DNA of 64,000 nucleotides from positions 3,221-67,220 of the forward strand of contig JADJOF010000008.1 in assembly GCA_016713885.1 (NCBI GenBank), given 5' to 3'. Shown here piece by piece: positions 8,140-18,503 of the stretch. The notes beneath the pieces were generated by a model. It had not been told where the DNA came from, did no database searches, and saw only the letters and a program-made list of their open reading frames with translations. Numbering within the stretch: position 1 is the stretch's first letter; the number at the start of each line of letters is the position of its first letter. Position numbers and translations under genes: made by a program. Source of the DNA: Bdellovibrionales bacterium. GTDB lineage: Bacteria; Bdellovibrionota; Bdellovibrionia; Bdellovibrionales; JAMPXM01.

Positions 8140-9348
8140 ATGAAGAAGACCGATCTATTTGGCGACGAAGTGGTTTCACGAACAGAAGAAGACTTCCGCA
8201 CCCTCTTTGAATCCACCGAAGGCCCCGGCCGCGACTTGAAGGTCGGCGATTCCTTTGAAGGTGAAATTTTAAGCATCGGCAAAGAAGAGTCATTCGTTTC
8301 AACTGGCACCAGCGACGACGCGCAAATTCCGACACTTGATTTGAAGGATAAAGACGGCGCTCTCCTCTACAAGGTTGGAGACAAGCTGAAGGTTCGAGTC
8401 GTGCGCACACGCGATGGCGAGATCCTGGTGAAGCGCAGCGACTCCATTTCAAGTGGTGCCGACGATGTCGACTCACTTGAAGATGCGTTTGATCTTGAAC
8501 TCCCCGTCAAAGGTAAAGTCACCGAGGCCGTTAAAGGCGGCTTCCGAGTTGAGATGCATGGGAAAAAAGCCTTCTGTCCGTTCTCGCAGATCGATCTACG
8601 CGCCTCGGCCGATCCCAATGATTACATCGGCAAATCATTTGAATTCATCATCACGCAGATGGAAACGCGAAACCTCGTGGTCTCGCGCCGTAAAGTCCTG
8701 GAGCTTCAACGCGCCGAAGGTGAAGGCACGTTCATGCTCGCGCGAAAGCCTGGAGATAAACTGCAGGGCACGATCACGAAAATTGAAAAATTCGGCGCCT
8801 TCTGTCGACTTGAAGACGGTGTCGAGGGCTTGATTCCGATATCGGAACTCGCCTGGGGCCGCGTGAGCGACCCGCACGAAGTGGTCCGCGTCGGCCAAAG
8901 CGTCTCGGTTGTCCTGATGCGCGTAACAGAAGAGGGCGACCGCCTTCGCGTTTCGCTCTCACTCAAACAAGGTGGCGATGAGGGCGATCCATGGATGAAG
9001 GTTCCACAAACGTATCCAGTTGGAACAATCATCGAAGGCACTGTTGAGCGGAAAGAAGCCTATGGCCTCTTCGTGAATCTCGCACCTGGCATCACAGGAC
9101 TCATGCCGCGCTCAAAATGGCGCGATGTCGTTGATGGCTCTCAGTACGAGAATAAGAAAAAGGGCGAGCGTCTGAAAGTGATGATCTCAGAAGTGAACTT
9201 TGAAGAAAAACGCCTCACGCTTTCGCCTCCGGCCGATATCGATGACGGCGCTTGGCGCGCACATGCCGGTGCAGGCGGCGCGAGCTCTGCAAAAAAAGGC
9301 TTTGGAACTTTGGGCGATATGCTTCAAAACGTGAGCAAGAAAAAGTAG
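8140..9348 (+). CDS. S1 RNA-binding domain protein (four S1 repeats; ribosomal protein S1-like)
   Basis: 402 aa. Repeated S1 signatures, for example VKGKVTEAVKGGFRVEMHGKKAFCPFSQI, LQGTITKIEKFGAFCRLEDGVEGLIPISEL and IEGTVERKEAYGLFVNLAPGITGLMPRS. Confidence 0.8.
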   Translation: MKKTDLFGDEVVSRTEEDFRTLFESTEGPGRDLKVGDSFEGEILSIGKEESFVSTGTSDDAQIPTLDLKDKDGALLYKVGDKLKVRVVRTRDGEILVKRSDSISSGADDVDSLEDAFDLELPVKGKVTEAVKGGFRVEMHGKKAFCPFSQIDLRASADPNDYIGKSFEFIITQMETRNLVVSRRKVLELQRAEGEGTFMLARKPGDKLQGTITKIEKFGAFCRLEDGVEGLIPISELAWGRVSDPHEVVRVGQSVSVVLMRVTEEGDRLRVSLSLKQGGDEGDPWMKVPQTYPVGTIIEGTVERKEAYGLFVNLAPGITGLMPRSKWRDVVDGSQYENKKKGERLKVMISEVNFEEKRLTLSPPADIDDGAWRAHAGAGGASSAKKGFGTLGDMLQNVSKKK

Positions 9349-9352
9349 TCGA

Positions 9353-9377
9353 TCGCGGCTTTTTTTAGGAGCCGCGA
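9353..9377. terminator. Hairpin between convergent genes (S1 protein / MCP)
   Basis: TCGCGGCT-tttttagg-AGCCGCGA with an embedded T-run. It overlaps the last MCP codons. Confidence 0.5.
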
Positions 9378-10852
9378 CTTCCTGAAATTTCTATATCGAG
9401 ATGAGTTACCTGTTCGTCGAGGTTCGCAGACTGCTGATGCATCGTCTGCGAAAGTCTCGCAATTTCATCAGCGGATGCCGCATTTGTTTGCGTTGCGCGA
9501 TCGATCTCAAGCATCGCCTGATTGATGTGCCCAATACCAGTCGACTGCTCATGAACCGAGGTTGCGATCCCGCTGACAATCGTCGTCGTTTCATTGGTCG
9601 ACTGAACGATTTTCGCCAAGACAACACGGCTCTGCTCGGCAATCGAAGCGCCTTGCGAGGTTTTCTCGGCCGATTGCTTGATCAGCTGCGAGATGTCTTT
9701 TGCAGCGGACGAACTTCGCTGCGCAAGCCCCCTCACCGCCTCAGCAACCACCGCAAACCCCTTCCCCTGCTCACCGGCTCGCGCCGCCTCAACGGCCGCA
9801 TTGAGCGCCAGGAGATTCGTCTGCGAGGCAATATCGTCAATCACGGTGTTGATCGCCTCGATCTTCTTTGATGACTCGGTGATATCCTTCATCGCCGCGT
9901 TGAGCTTCACGATTTCAAGATCAGCCTCTTCGACCTGCGCCGAAGACTTTTTAGAAAGCTCTGCCGCATGCGACGCCGACTGCGCCGTCTTTTGCGAAAG
10001 TTCCGTCAATAAATTCACGCTCGCCACCGTCTCTTCAAAGCTCGCCGCCGACTCGGCCGCGGTGCTTGAAAGATCCGTGCTGGTCACCGATAGCCTTTGG
10101 CTCGCCTGGGCCACAGAAACGCTCGCGGCCTTAAGACTTCCCGTCACCTGCCTCAACCTTTTTGCCAAGCGATCAGAAATCACCACCGCGACAATGATTG
10201 AAAACAAAATACTAAGGGCAATACCGATCAGTATTCTTTTTCGGAACGTCGCAAACTGTTTTTGGATATCATCGATGTAGACACCGCTGCCTATAATCCA
10301 ATTCCAATCCGCAATGCCACGCACATACGAAACCTTATCGACCGGTTTTTCCTCTCCCGGCTTCGGCCACTGGTAGCGGACAAAACCACTGCCGGCGTTC
10401 TTGACGACATCGACCATCTCGCGAAACAGATATTTTCCGTTCGGATCCTTCATATCAGAGATACTCTGCCCATCGAGCGCAGGCTTCAGCGGGTGCATCA
10501 CCATTCGCGGCTCAAAATCATTGATCCAAAAGTACTCGTCGCTTCCATACCGAAGCGCTTTCATCTCTTCGATCGCCAGCGCCTGGGCCTGTGCGCGCGT
10601 GAGCCCACCCTTGGCTTCTTTTTTCTTTAGATTCTCAACAACTGCAATCGCAACCTCAACAACTGCCTTCGTGCTCTCTTCGCGACCGTGAACGAACTGC
10701 TGTTCGATCTGTGGCAAGACATAGAACAGGAGGAGCGCAACAACCGCCGACAGCGTGCTCATCGCCAACAGAATTAAACGGATCTTGATGCTCATACGAG
10801 ATGACGTGGTGCTCATAACCATAATCATCCATCGAGCACCGGCGAGGACCAA
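9365..10852 (-). CDS. Methyl-accepting chemotaxis protein with periplasmic single-Cache sensor
   Basis: N-terminal transmembrane segment; Cache-like block ([12 protein letters not shown]...[22 protein letters not shown]); second transmembrane segment; conserved MCP hairpin [40 protein letters not shown]. The start is probably an internal Met (10816 or 10795). Confidence 0.85.
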   Translation of the reverse strand: MVLAGARWMIMVMSTTSSRMSIKIRLILLAMSTLSAVVALLLFYVLPQIEQQFVHGREESTKAVVEVAIAVVENLKKKEAKGGLTRAQAQALAIEEMKALRYGSDEYFWINDFEPRMVMHPLKPALDGQSISDMKDPNGKYLFREMVDVVKNAGSGFVRYQWPKPGEEKPVDKVSYVRGIADWNWIIGSGVYIDDIQKQFATFRKRILIGIALSILFSIIVAVVISDRLAKRLRQVTGSLKAASVSVAQASQRLSVTSTDLSSTAAESAASFEETVASVNLLTELSQKTAQSASHAAELSKKSSAQVEEADLEIVKLNAAMKDITESSKKIEAINTVIDDIASQTNLLALNAAVEAARAGEQGKGFAVVAEAVRGLAQRSSSAAKDISQLIKQSAEKTSQGASIAEQSRVVLAKIVQSTNETTTIVSGIATSVHEQSTGIGHINQAMLEIDRATQTNAASADEIARLSQTMHQQSANLDEQVTHLDIEISGSRGS

Positions 10853-10904
10853 ATTAAATTGTCATGAATCCATTGAGACAGCCATCGGCTATCTCGATTT
10901 TCGT

Positions 10905-11783
10905 CTAGCTCATAATCACTTGGCTAACCTGTACCGAGCGTCCTGAAAAAGAGGACAACTTTGCGGCATCGAGTCCGATTCGATCGACAAGCCTTTTCTC
11001 AAGAAGCATCACCACCGTACTTCCCATCGCAAACAAACCGACCTCGCCACCCTTCACAATCGAAATAGGCGGTTGATACTCACACGCTTTGGGTTGACGA
11101 CCTGAGCCGCGAGGCTCAGTTGAGACTTCGCGATCAAAATCAATCTTGATATTGCCGACGTTTGTCGCCGCCACGAGGACCATGCAGAAGCGGTCACCAT
11201 GAGTCGTTTCAAACTCAATAGCAACCCGCTCATTGATCGAGTAGAGACCGTCGATCTTCGCGATACTCCACGCATTCACCGGCCAGAAGGCACCAGGGAT
11301 ATGATTTCGCCAGACCGCTTTTGCGGCTTCTGGAATATGCACCCGGTGGTAGTCCGTTGGACATAGATAGTACGTGATAAACGCACCCTGCTCATAGCGC
11401 TCGGCCCGCGCCCCATCGCCCAAGAGATCGCTCGACCTATAGTGAATGCCCTTGGCTTGAATGAGACTCCCGGCCGTGATCGGACCAGCCTCGGCAATCT
11501 TCGAATCGCAGGGATGAGTAAAGCCCTCAGCCTGGGGCCTGGCTCCTGGCTTGAGCTTTCGAGTGAAAAAATCACCTATCGAACGATACTCGGAGAGTGG
11601 CTTTTCGGCCTCCTCGATATTGATCCCATAAGCCTTCGCAAAAGTCGCAATCGAGCCCTCTCGTAGGGGTCCGGGAAGCGCCAAATGCATCAAACGCCCG
11701 GCCCAGTGACTGAGGTCCTCTTTTGGGAGGATGGGCATAACAAGATCCATCGCTTTTTCTTTCAATAATGACGAAAATGACAT
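10905..11783 (-). CDS. psd: Phosphatidylserine decarboxylase proenzyme
   Basis: FFTRKLKPGARP, LCPTDYHRVHIP and the C-terminal GSTVV self-cleavage motif. I chose the ATG at 11783 over the long ORF start at 11900. Confidence 0.85.
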   Translation of the reverse strand: MSFSSLLKEKAMDLVMPILPKEDLSHWAGRLMHLALPGPLREGSIATFAKAYGINIEEAEKPLSEYRSIGDFFTRKLKPGARPQAEGFTHPCDSKIAEAGPITAGSLIQAKGIHYRSSDLLGDGARAERYEQGAFITYYLCPTDYHRVHIPEAAKAVWRNHIPGAFWPVNAWSIAKIDGLYSINERVAIEFETTHGDRFCMVLVAATNVGNIKIDFDREVSTEPRGSGRQPKACEYQPPISIVKGGEVGLFAMGSTVVMLLEKRLVDRIGLDAAKLSSFSGRSVQVSQVIMS

Positions 11784-11862
11784 GGAGTAAATTCTAATCG
11801 CGTCTTCGCCTCTGTCTAGACGTTTCAAGCGACACAGAACTGTGTTATTTGACAACCCACCC

Positions 11863-13491
11863 ATGAGCCAAATTCTCCGCGATCTTGAAGTCGACCTCAA
11901 TCAAAGCTCGGATGCGAGCCTCACCGACCTTCTTAAACGAATGGTCCCAAGCTATTCGGGCCATCGCATTTTACGCCAAAGCGTCGACGCCAGGCGCTCA
12001 GCGCGCGTACCGTACTGGGTGTACTCGATCGAGGTCTTTGAGAACGGCGAAAAACCAGAGATTCCCAATCTCGATCCCGATCGCTTAAGCCGACCGCTTC
12101 CGGCCTTATCGACCAGCCGACCACTCATCATTGGCACCGGACCAGCGGGTCTCTTTGCTGCGGTTCGCCTGGTTGAGCGCGGTATCCCCTGCACGATCCT
12201 TGAGCGCGGGAGCCCCGGCGAAAAACGCATCGGCCAAATCAATCGTTTTTGGCGCTATGGTGAGCTTGATCCCAACAACAACGTCTGCATGGGCGAAGGC
12301 GGCGCCGGGCTTTATAGCGACGGAAAACTCATCACCCGCATCAAGTCTCCGTTTATCCCCTATGTGATGGATCGCCTCGTGCGCTTTGGCGCACCGGAAG
12401 AGATTCGCTATCTATCGAATCCCCACGTGGGCTCGGACCGCATTCGTCGCGTGATCCCGAAACTCCGTGCTTTCCTACTCGCCAATGGGTGCGAAATTCA
12501 TTTCGAAACACCGATGAAAGAACTGATCCTCAAGCATGAGTCCGCTGGCGGGCGGAGCGCCCGTGCCGTAGGTGTTCGCACGTATGACGGACGGGAGTTC
12601 TTTTCAGAGCACATCGTGCTCGCCACGGGGCACTCGGCTGAAGACATTTTCGACTCGCTTGAAGAGCAAGGCGTTGCGATGGAGGGAAAGAGCTTTGCCC
12701 TTGGCCTCCGCATCGAACACCCGCAGGTTGAGATCAATAAAATCCAATTTCGAGATGCTTGGGATCATCCAAAACTGGGCGCTGCAAACTACCGACTAGC
12801 GGATCACGATGCGACTTCAGGAATCGGCGTTTACTCGTTTTGCATGTGTCCTGGCGGCTACGTTCTTTCCAGCGGAACCGAGGCCGACGGCATCGTTTCA
12901 AACGGAATGTCGAACTACAATCGAAACTCTCCCTTCGCAAACGCCGCCATTGTCGTTTCAATCGACCACGAGAAGCGCTTTGGCAAAGATCTGCGCGGCG
13001 GAATGAAGTTCAGACGAAAACTTGAACAAGCGGCGTTTAAGGCCACACAAACGGCGAGCCTCGGCACCAGGGCGCTACCGGTTCAAAAACTCACGGACTT
13101 TATGAAAGGTCGCGCTGGAGGCGCTGTTCCCTCAAGCTCACCGTCAGGCGTTGTCCCAACTCGGCTTGATCTCCTGATGCCGCTAGATCTGACCGAGCGG
13201 CTTCGGGCTTCGATTGAAGCGTTTGATCGAAAGATGAAGGGGTTTATTTCTGAAAATGCCCAGCTTCATGGCGTAGAATCGCGAACGAGCTGTCCGATTC
13301 GCATTACACGCGCGACCGAGGATCTGCAGTCGATCTCACATGCTGGACTCTATCCCGCTGGCGAAGGGGCTGGTTACGCTGGGGGAATCACGTCGGCTGC
13401 GTGCGATGGCGTACGCATCGCGGATCAGATTTTTTCTGTTCTCAGTTCGCAAACCGCGGCACTCGAATCTGAAGCTGCAAAAGGCGTTTAA
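11863..13491 (+). CDS. FAD-dependent oxidoreductase (COG2509-like)
   Basis: Dinucleotide-binding IIGTGPAGLFAAVRLVERG...ILERG. Length and C-terminal GEGAGYAGGITSAA match the uncharacterised FAD-dependent dehydrogenase family. Confidence 0.75.
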   Translation: MSQILRDLEVDLNQSSDASLTDLLKRMVPSYSGHRILRQSVDARRSARVPYWVYSIEVFENGEKPEIPNLDPDRLSRPLPALSTSRPLIIGTGPAGLFAAVRLVERGIPCTILERGSPGEKRIGQINRFWRYGELDPNNNVCMGEGGAGLYSDGKLITRIKSPFIPYVMDRLVRFGAPEEIRYLSNPHVGSDRIRRVIPKLRAFLLANGCEIHFETPMKELILKHESAGGRSARAVGVRTYDGREFFSEHIVLATGHSAEDIFDSLEEQGVAMEGKSFALGLRIEHPQVEINKIQFRDAWDHPKLGAANYRLADHDATSGIGVYSFCMCPGGYVLSSGTEADGIVSNGMSNYNRNSPFANAAIVVSIDHEKRFGKDLRGGMKFRRKLEQAAFKATQTASLGTRALPVQKLTDFMKGRAGGAVPSSSPSGVVPTRLDLLMPLDLTERLRASIEAFDRKMKGFISENAQLHGVESRTSCPIRITRATEDLQSISHAGLYPAGEGAGYAGGITSAACDGVRIADQIFSVLSSQTAALESEAAKGV

Positions 13492-14353
13492 AGAACGTGC
13501 TCTTTTTGAGATCGTCGTCGCTTAAGAAAAGAAAGTACGACGACATCATCGTGCAACTAAAGAAGACAAGGCCCATGATCGCAGCAATCCCGGTGTGAAG
13601 TCCGACCCCAGAAAGCAGCACCCATTTCTTAAGCGGTTTATGCCACACCAGCGCCGGCATGTAGATCTCAAACAGAATGGTGCCCCAGGTAATCGCAGCG
13701 ATCACCAGCGGTACCGAACGCAAAGCGCTCAAATCCATCATCATCAGCTGATCGTTGCCAAGCACATTCCAAACCGCGGTCTGGTCCCACCCCTCGGTCC
13801 CCTTGAGCTTCTCAAAACCGGTGTAGCCATAGATCAAACAGAGCTGCAGCTGAACGAGACGAATACCGACGCTGGTGAGAATCCTCGACCACTCAACATC
13901 CTGCAAACGACTGCGCCCTGTGTTCATAAACACCAGACCCAGCAGCCAAAATCCTGAGACGATATCCGCTCCATACACGATCGAGAAGTTTCGCTGCAAA
14001 AGCGCCAAGTGGCAGTAGAGCGCCGCCACTGCAAGCAATCGACTGCCGATGCGGCCAAACACACCCAGTACAATTAAAAGCAAAGACACCAAGAGTACGG
14101 CCTGCATGCCGTAAACGGCTACCATCGACTTTGGATAGGTCTCAATTCCCGGCCGAAAAAACTCTGGCAAGAGTTCGGTCGCACCTTCCCAAGGCACGCC
14201 CCCAAGCGGCGTAAAATAAAAATCAGAATGCATCGCTCGAAACGCCGCATTCATAAAAAGCGTCAACCCAAACGCCACTCTAAAAAAACCGACCGCAAGT
14301 CCCGCTTCGCAGTGAAAGAAAAAACGATCGAGTGCCGAGATCAAAGCCCTCAC
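13442..14353 (-). CDS. HTTM-domain (vitamin K-dependent gamma-carboxylase-like) integral membrane protein
   Basis: Multi-pass hydrophobic protein. N-terminal ...LAVGFFRVAFGLTLF... and a GFEKLKG...W loop resemble the HTTM signature. GTG start overlaps the upstream stop (GTGA). Confidence 0.6.
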   Translation of the reverse strand: MRALISALDRFFFHCEAGLAVGFFRVAFGLTLFMNAAFRAMHSDFYFTPLGGVPWEGATELLPEFFRPGIETYPKSMVAVYGMQAVLLVSLLLIVLGVFGRIGSRLLAVAALYCHLALLQRNFSIVYGADIVSGFWLLGLVFMNTGRSRLQDVEWSRILTSVGIRLVQLQLCLIYGYTGFEKLKGTEGWDQTAVWNVLGNDQLMMMDLSALRSVPLVIAAITWGTILFEIYMPALVWHKPLKKWVLLSGVGLHTGIAAIMGLVFFSCTMMSSYFLFLSDDDLKKSTFFKRLLQLQIRVPRFAN

Positions 14354-14886
14354 TCAGCACCTCCACAAAAATAAGTGCCCTGTGGAAGTTCCGAGCGAAC
14401 AGCGAGATCAGTAAAATCTTGGGTTTCAGACCCCAGCATCGCGCGATCAACCGACTCCACCTTGGTGACCAGCGTTCGAAGTGTCACCGTCTTGGCCTCT
14501 GGCTTGAGGCTGCAAAGGTGCGGCGCCAGATAGCGCTCAGTACGGCCGGCGTTGAGCGCCATAAATCGCATCGAGAAGAGACGACGATTATAAAAATCGC
14601 TCCAGCCAAAGCCGACCCGCTTCTCCGGCATCAGATGAGTCTCATAACCATCGGGGTTGTCTTCGAGGTCAAACCCATAGCTGTATTCAAGATAAAATGA
14701 CGGACTTGGCCCTGGCGAAAAAAACTGCCAGGTCGTGTTCAGTCCCAACTGATTCGCATAGTCGATAAAGTATCGTCCCGTTTCGCGAATAATCAGGCCC
14801 GTCCCCATAGGGAGAATGACCACAGCAAGAAGATGGTAGATGAGAAAAACCGAAAGCAGTGCTTTTAGGACCGCCGTCGTCTTCAT
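14350..14886 (-). CDS. Single-pass membrane protein, DUF5819-like HTTM partner
   Basis: N-terminal transmembrane segment, then NTTWQFFSPGPSP, which resembles the NxWxxFAPxP motif I associate with HTTM-adjacent DUF5819 proteins. The start shares one base with the scpB stop (TAATG at 14884-14888). Confidence 0.5.
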   Translation of the reverse strand: MKTTAVLKALLSVFLIYHLLAVVILPMGTGLIIRETGRYFIDYANQLGLNTTWQFFSPGPSPSFYLEYSYGFDLEDNPDGYETHLMPEKRVGFGWSDFYNRRLFSMRFMALNAGRTERYLAPHLCSLKPEAKTVTLRTLVTKVESVDRAMLGSETQDFTDLAVRSELPQGTYFCGGAE

Positions 14887-16337
14887 TACTCTTTCGTCGA
14901 TTCGTCATCGTAATCTTGATTGGCTTCAAGATCACCAAGCGCCTCGTCATCGTCGTCGGCCGACCAGTTTTCAGACTTCAAGTCGTCTGTATCGGCATCC
15001 AAGGCCTCAGCCTGTTGCTCATGCGTCTCTTGCTGCAAAGCAGAGAGCTGAGCCGCGAGACCCTCACCCTCCTCTTCAACAACAAGAGGAGCCGCCTCAG
15101 CTCCGGCTGCTGCCGCTTGAGCTGCTGCCTCTTCTTTGGCCTCATAACGCGATAACCAACGGCGATCTTTGTCCTCAACGTCTTCGCCAACGGTGATGCG
15201 CTCTCGAATATCCTGCGCACGCTCGCGGTCACGCTCAATGCGCTGACGAACTTTCTCTTGTTCAAAGAATTCGCTCGTCGTGTCGATCACCTTTAAGCTC
15301 TCGGCAATCGTATTGAGCTCTTCTTCACCCTCGGTGTACGACGACTTAAGCTCAGTCGACATGGCACCGGTAAGATCCGCGAGCGTCTCTTTCTCTTCAA
15401 CTTCGCCAATGCCCTCAGGCAGGAGCTCATCGATCTCAGCCAACGTCGGAAGCTCGTTCAGATTGCGAAGACCAAAGGTTTCAAGGAATTTCCGTGTGGT
15501 CACGTAGGTCATCGGCTTACCAGGAAGATCGGACTTTTCGCCAAATCCGACAAGGCCACGTTCCATCAGCGCACGCATCAAGTGACCCGACTCGACACCG
15601 CGAATCTGATCGACCTCGTGCTTTGTGATCGGCTGTTTGTATGCGGCGATCGCCAAAACCTCAAGCGCTGGACCCGAAAGACGGAATGGACGGTTCTTTT
15701 GCAGGCGACGCAGATACTCGGTGTTATCGACTTTCGTTCGAAGCTGGTAGCCACCATGAATCTCTTCAAGAGTTACACCGCGATCAACCGAGGCGTAGCT
15801 TGATGCCAACTGATCAAGAGCTCGCGTGATATCTTTTGTGCGAACATTCGAACCCTTGAAAATCTGCTTCATCACGCCGACTGAAACCGGCTTGTCGGTT
15901 GCAAACAAAAGCGACTCGAGAATCGAAACCAACTGATCGGCCTCGATAAACTCGGTTGGCTCTTCGATGACTTCTTCTTCCTCTTCAGTCTGCGTCTCAG
16001 CCGTCGCTTCAAGTCCAAACATCGGAAGCTGCTCGACTTCACCAACAAGCATCGGATTCTCGGGAAGCTCACCGTCGACCGCTGCAACTGGCTCTTCGGT
16101 ATAGGCGCCATGATCAGCAAGATCCGCTGATACCTCATCGTTCGTTGCGCGCAGGCGACTTGCGAGCTCCTCTAGAGACGAAGGGCCATCCACAAAATCA
16201 AGCGCAGGCTCTTGAAATTCGATACCGAGATCTGCAGGAGCAAGCTCCGCCGCTTCAACTGATTCAGTCGACTCCGAAGCTTCCACTGTCGGCTCGTTTT
16301 CAATCTCTCGCTCGATGTTCTTTTCCATTTCGGCCAC
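14886..16337 (-). CDS. scpB: Segregation and condensation protein B with long acidic N- and C-terminal extensions
   Basis: Core LESLLFATDKPVSV...GGYQLRTK...RLSGPALEVLAIAAYKQPITKHEVDQIRGVES...LMERGLV. 483 aa, versus about 200 aa as I recall for typical ScpB. The alternative ATG at 16328 is possible. Confidence 0.85.
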   Translation of the reverse strand: MAEMEKNIEREIENEPTVEASESTESVEAAELAPADLGIEFQEPALDFVDGPSSLEELASRLRATNDEVSADLADHGAYTEEPVAAVDGELPENPMLVGEVEQLPMFGLEATAETQTEEEEEVIEEPTEFIEADQLVSILESLLFATDKPVSVGVMKQIFKGSNVRTKDITRALDQLASSYASVDRGVTLEEIHGGYQLRTKVDNTEYLRRLQKNRPFRLSGPALEVLAIAAYKQPITKHEVDQIRGVESGHLMRALMERGLVGFGEKSDLPGKPMTYVTTRKFLETFGLRNLNELPTLAEIDELLPEGIGEVEEKETLADLTGAMSTELKSSYTEGEEELNTIAESLKVIDTTSEFFEQEKVRQRIERDRERAQDIRERITVGEDVEDKDRRWLSRYEAKEEAAAQAAAAGAEAAPLVVEEEGEGLAAQLSALQQETHEQQAEALDADTDDLKSENWSADDDDEALGDLEANQDYDDESTKE

Positions 16338-17417
16338 TTAAGCCTCCGCGTCCTGATCAAGACCGAGTTCGCGCTCGGCCTGAAGAAGTTCGTCGTCTGA
16401 TACCGACTGTTCTGAGTTTCCGTTGATTGCAAGCGGCGTATCTTCAGCGGAGCCATCGACCGACTCCATCATCAAGCGCTCTTCGATCTCTGAACCGACT
16501 TCCGCTGTCATGGTGTCGCCTGATTCATTGAACGGATTATCAATCACGATGCGCTCGGGCTCCGCTGTCATCGAGAGCTGCTGGTCCTCGTGGCTCAGCA
16601 CAGCCTCGGTGATGATCGAATTTGCGATCGCTTCCGCATCTTGTGAGTCGAATTCCTGAACGCGCTCAAGCACGTTTCGTTCAATCGGCTTTTTCGCCTC
16701 AATATAAATATCGCCGTAGGTTTCGTTCTGAAAAACCGAAACAAAACCAAGACGACCAAGCTCGAGCATCGAAAGGAACGTGATGAGAAGCTGAGTGCGG
16801 AACGGCTGGGATCCGATATTGAGAAGATCGCGCAGCAGCACACGCGAACCGACAAGAAGCCGATCCTTGATTTCAAGCACTCGGCCTGCAATCGACTGTG
16901 TTTGCGGACGCACCTTGTGGACAAGGCGCTCAGCCTTCTTCATCGCTCGACGATACGATGCGATCAGGCCAAAGAGACCTTCGTCTTCGATGACGATTTC
17001 ACCGGGCTCATCGCTGCGTAGGTCTTCGCGAATACCCCTCGCCCAAATATCGCGATTTAAAAGCGGTCGCTCATAGAGCTTCTTCGCTCCGTCCTGATAC
17101 TTTTGATAATCGAGAAGCTTTTGAACGAGCTCTTTTCGCGGATCCTCGGTCTCAACAACTTCACCCTCAGCGTTATACTGTGGGAGCAGCATTCGAGCCT
17201 TCACCTGAATCAGCGTCGCCGCCATAGCGACAAATTCGCCAGCGACCTCAAGATCAAGTTCCTTCATCATTCTGATGTGTTCCAGATACTGCTTCGTAAT
17301 CTGGTTGATATTGATGTTGAAGATGTCCATCTCTTCCTTGCGGATGAGATAAAGGAGGAGCGCGAGCGGGCCTTCAAAGTGCGGCAGATGAATAAGATAA
17401 CGCCCTGTAGAACTCAT
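16338..17417 (-). CDS. scpA: Segregation and condensation protein A (kleisin)
   Basis: FEGPLALLLYLIRKEEMDIFNININQITKQYL...EFVAMAATLIQVKARMLLP. I chose the ATG at 17417. The stop abuts the scpB start. Confidence 0.85.
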   Translation of the reverse strand: MSSTGRYLIHLPHFEGPLALLLYLIRKEEMDIFNININQITKQYLEHIRMMKELDLEVAGEFVAMAATLIQVKARMLLPQYNAEGEVVETEDPRKELVQKLLDYQKYQDGAKKLYERPLLNRDIWARGIREDLRSDEPGEIVIEDEGLFGLIASYRRAMKKAERLVHKVRPQTQSIAGRVLEIKDRLLVGSRVLLRDLLNIGSQPFRTQLLITFLSMLELGRLGFVSVFQNETYGDIYIEAKKPIERNVLERVQEFDSQDAEAIANSIITEAVLSHEDQQLSMTAEPERIVIDNPFNESGDTMTAEVGSEIEERLMMESVDGSAEDTPLAINGNSEQSVSDDELLQAERELGLDQDAEA

Positions 17418-17532
17418 GCGGCTTCGACCCTCCCAAGGCTCGATCAAAGCAAGGCCTTTGGTCGAGTTCAACCCTTCTTTGCTGCTTTGCCTCTAAGATT
17501 AGCAACTGCCGCGGATTCGCCGTTAACGCAGC

Positions 17533-17566
17533 CCAGCTTCCGGCGCCGGAAGCTGAGGCGCGTTAG
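17533..17566. repeat. 34-bp repeat, copy 1, containing a perfect 22-bp palindrome
   Basis: CCAGCTTCCGGCGCCGGAAGCTGAGGCGCGTTAG, identical to 19518..19551. The core CAGCTTCCGGCGCCGGAAGCTG is its own reverse complement. Confidence 0.9.
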
Positions 17567-17735
17567 GCGAAGTGACTTTCGACGGCGCATTCGCCCCTCA
17601 AAGTGACTGTCAGCGCTCGAGCAGCCATGTCATTTCAATTTTAAACGACCAACAGGCCGGCCCCAAGCCTGCAACACCAGCTCTGCACGATCTGATGCCC
17701 GTAACGATCAACTCACGACGAGAAGGCAAACGAAA

Positions 17736-18464
17736 ATGAAAACACTCCCACTCCTGATTTTAGCGGCAATCGTCGTTTCTCTGAGCGGCCAAGCTCAAGC
17801 GCAGTCGCAAAGCGCAACACCGGCAGACCTGATTGATGCGCTGGTTAAAGAGGATCCTTATCTGAAACAAACCGAGGCCAACCTGCGGCGCGCTGTAAAT
17901 CCGGTCGCTTACAATTCATTCAATCGCTCCGCTGGTCGCTCCATTGTCGAAATCAGAAGCCTTGCAGAGACTCTTCTTACAGTATCCGGCTTTCTCGACA
18001 GCGACTTCGCGAAGTCCATGAACCTTCGACCGATGACTGAAGGTGATGCCGTCCGATTTTACGGCAAAAAAGCATCGTCAGTCGAAAATCTCTACGTCGC
18101 TGAAGTGAATGGAAAAGAGGTCGTTTTTTACAACTCGACATTACCTGAAGTGAACAATCCTTTCGAGCGATTCGACACAGTGACGATCGACATGCACGAT
18201 GCCACTCATCCACGCGCTATCGGTGAAAGCAAAGCTCCAGGATTTCATCTCAAATTGTCTTTTCGGAAATCTGGAATCACAGCCGAGATTCGCCATGTCG
18301 TCGGCGAATACGTCGGAAATTACACCCTCGTCGTGCCCGCAACCGAGATTCCATACACAACTGCAAATGACCGTTCATCCAAGGTACGCGATTCAAATAA
18401 ACGGAGCGCACCGAGCATAAATTCTGGCAAAGAATGTCGAGCTCTTTTTCAATCGAATATATAA
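17736..18464 (+). CDS. Exported hypothetical protein (242 aa)
   Basis: Signal-peptide-like N-terminus MKTLPLLILAAIVVSLSGQAQA. No family recognised. Confidence 0.6.
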   Translation: MKTLPLLILAAIVVSLSGQAQAQSQSATPADLIDALVKEDPYLKQTEANLRRAVNPVAYNSFNRSAGRSIVEIRSLAETLLTVSGFLDSDFAKSMNLRPMTEGDAVRFYGKKASSVENLYVAEVNGKEVVFYNSTLPEVNNPFERFDTVTIDMHDATHPRAIGESKAPGFHLKLSFRKSGITAEIRHVVGEYVGNYTLVVPATEIPYTTANDRSSKVRDSNKRSAPSINSGKECRALFQSNI

Positions 18465-18503
18465 GTCATCCGCTGCGGCGCAAAGGATCTGGAGACAAAT
18501 CAC

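Noticed and set aside
13442-13491. 50-bp convergent overlap between the FAD-oxidoreductase and HTTM genes (and a 12-bp overlap at 26790-26801), considered as possible antisense regulation.
   Set aside because: Given the indel noise in this sequence, one of the two C-termini may simply be mis-extended. There is no independent evidence for function.
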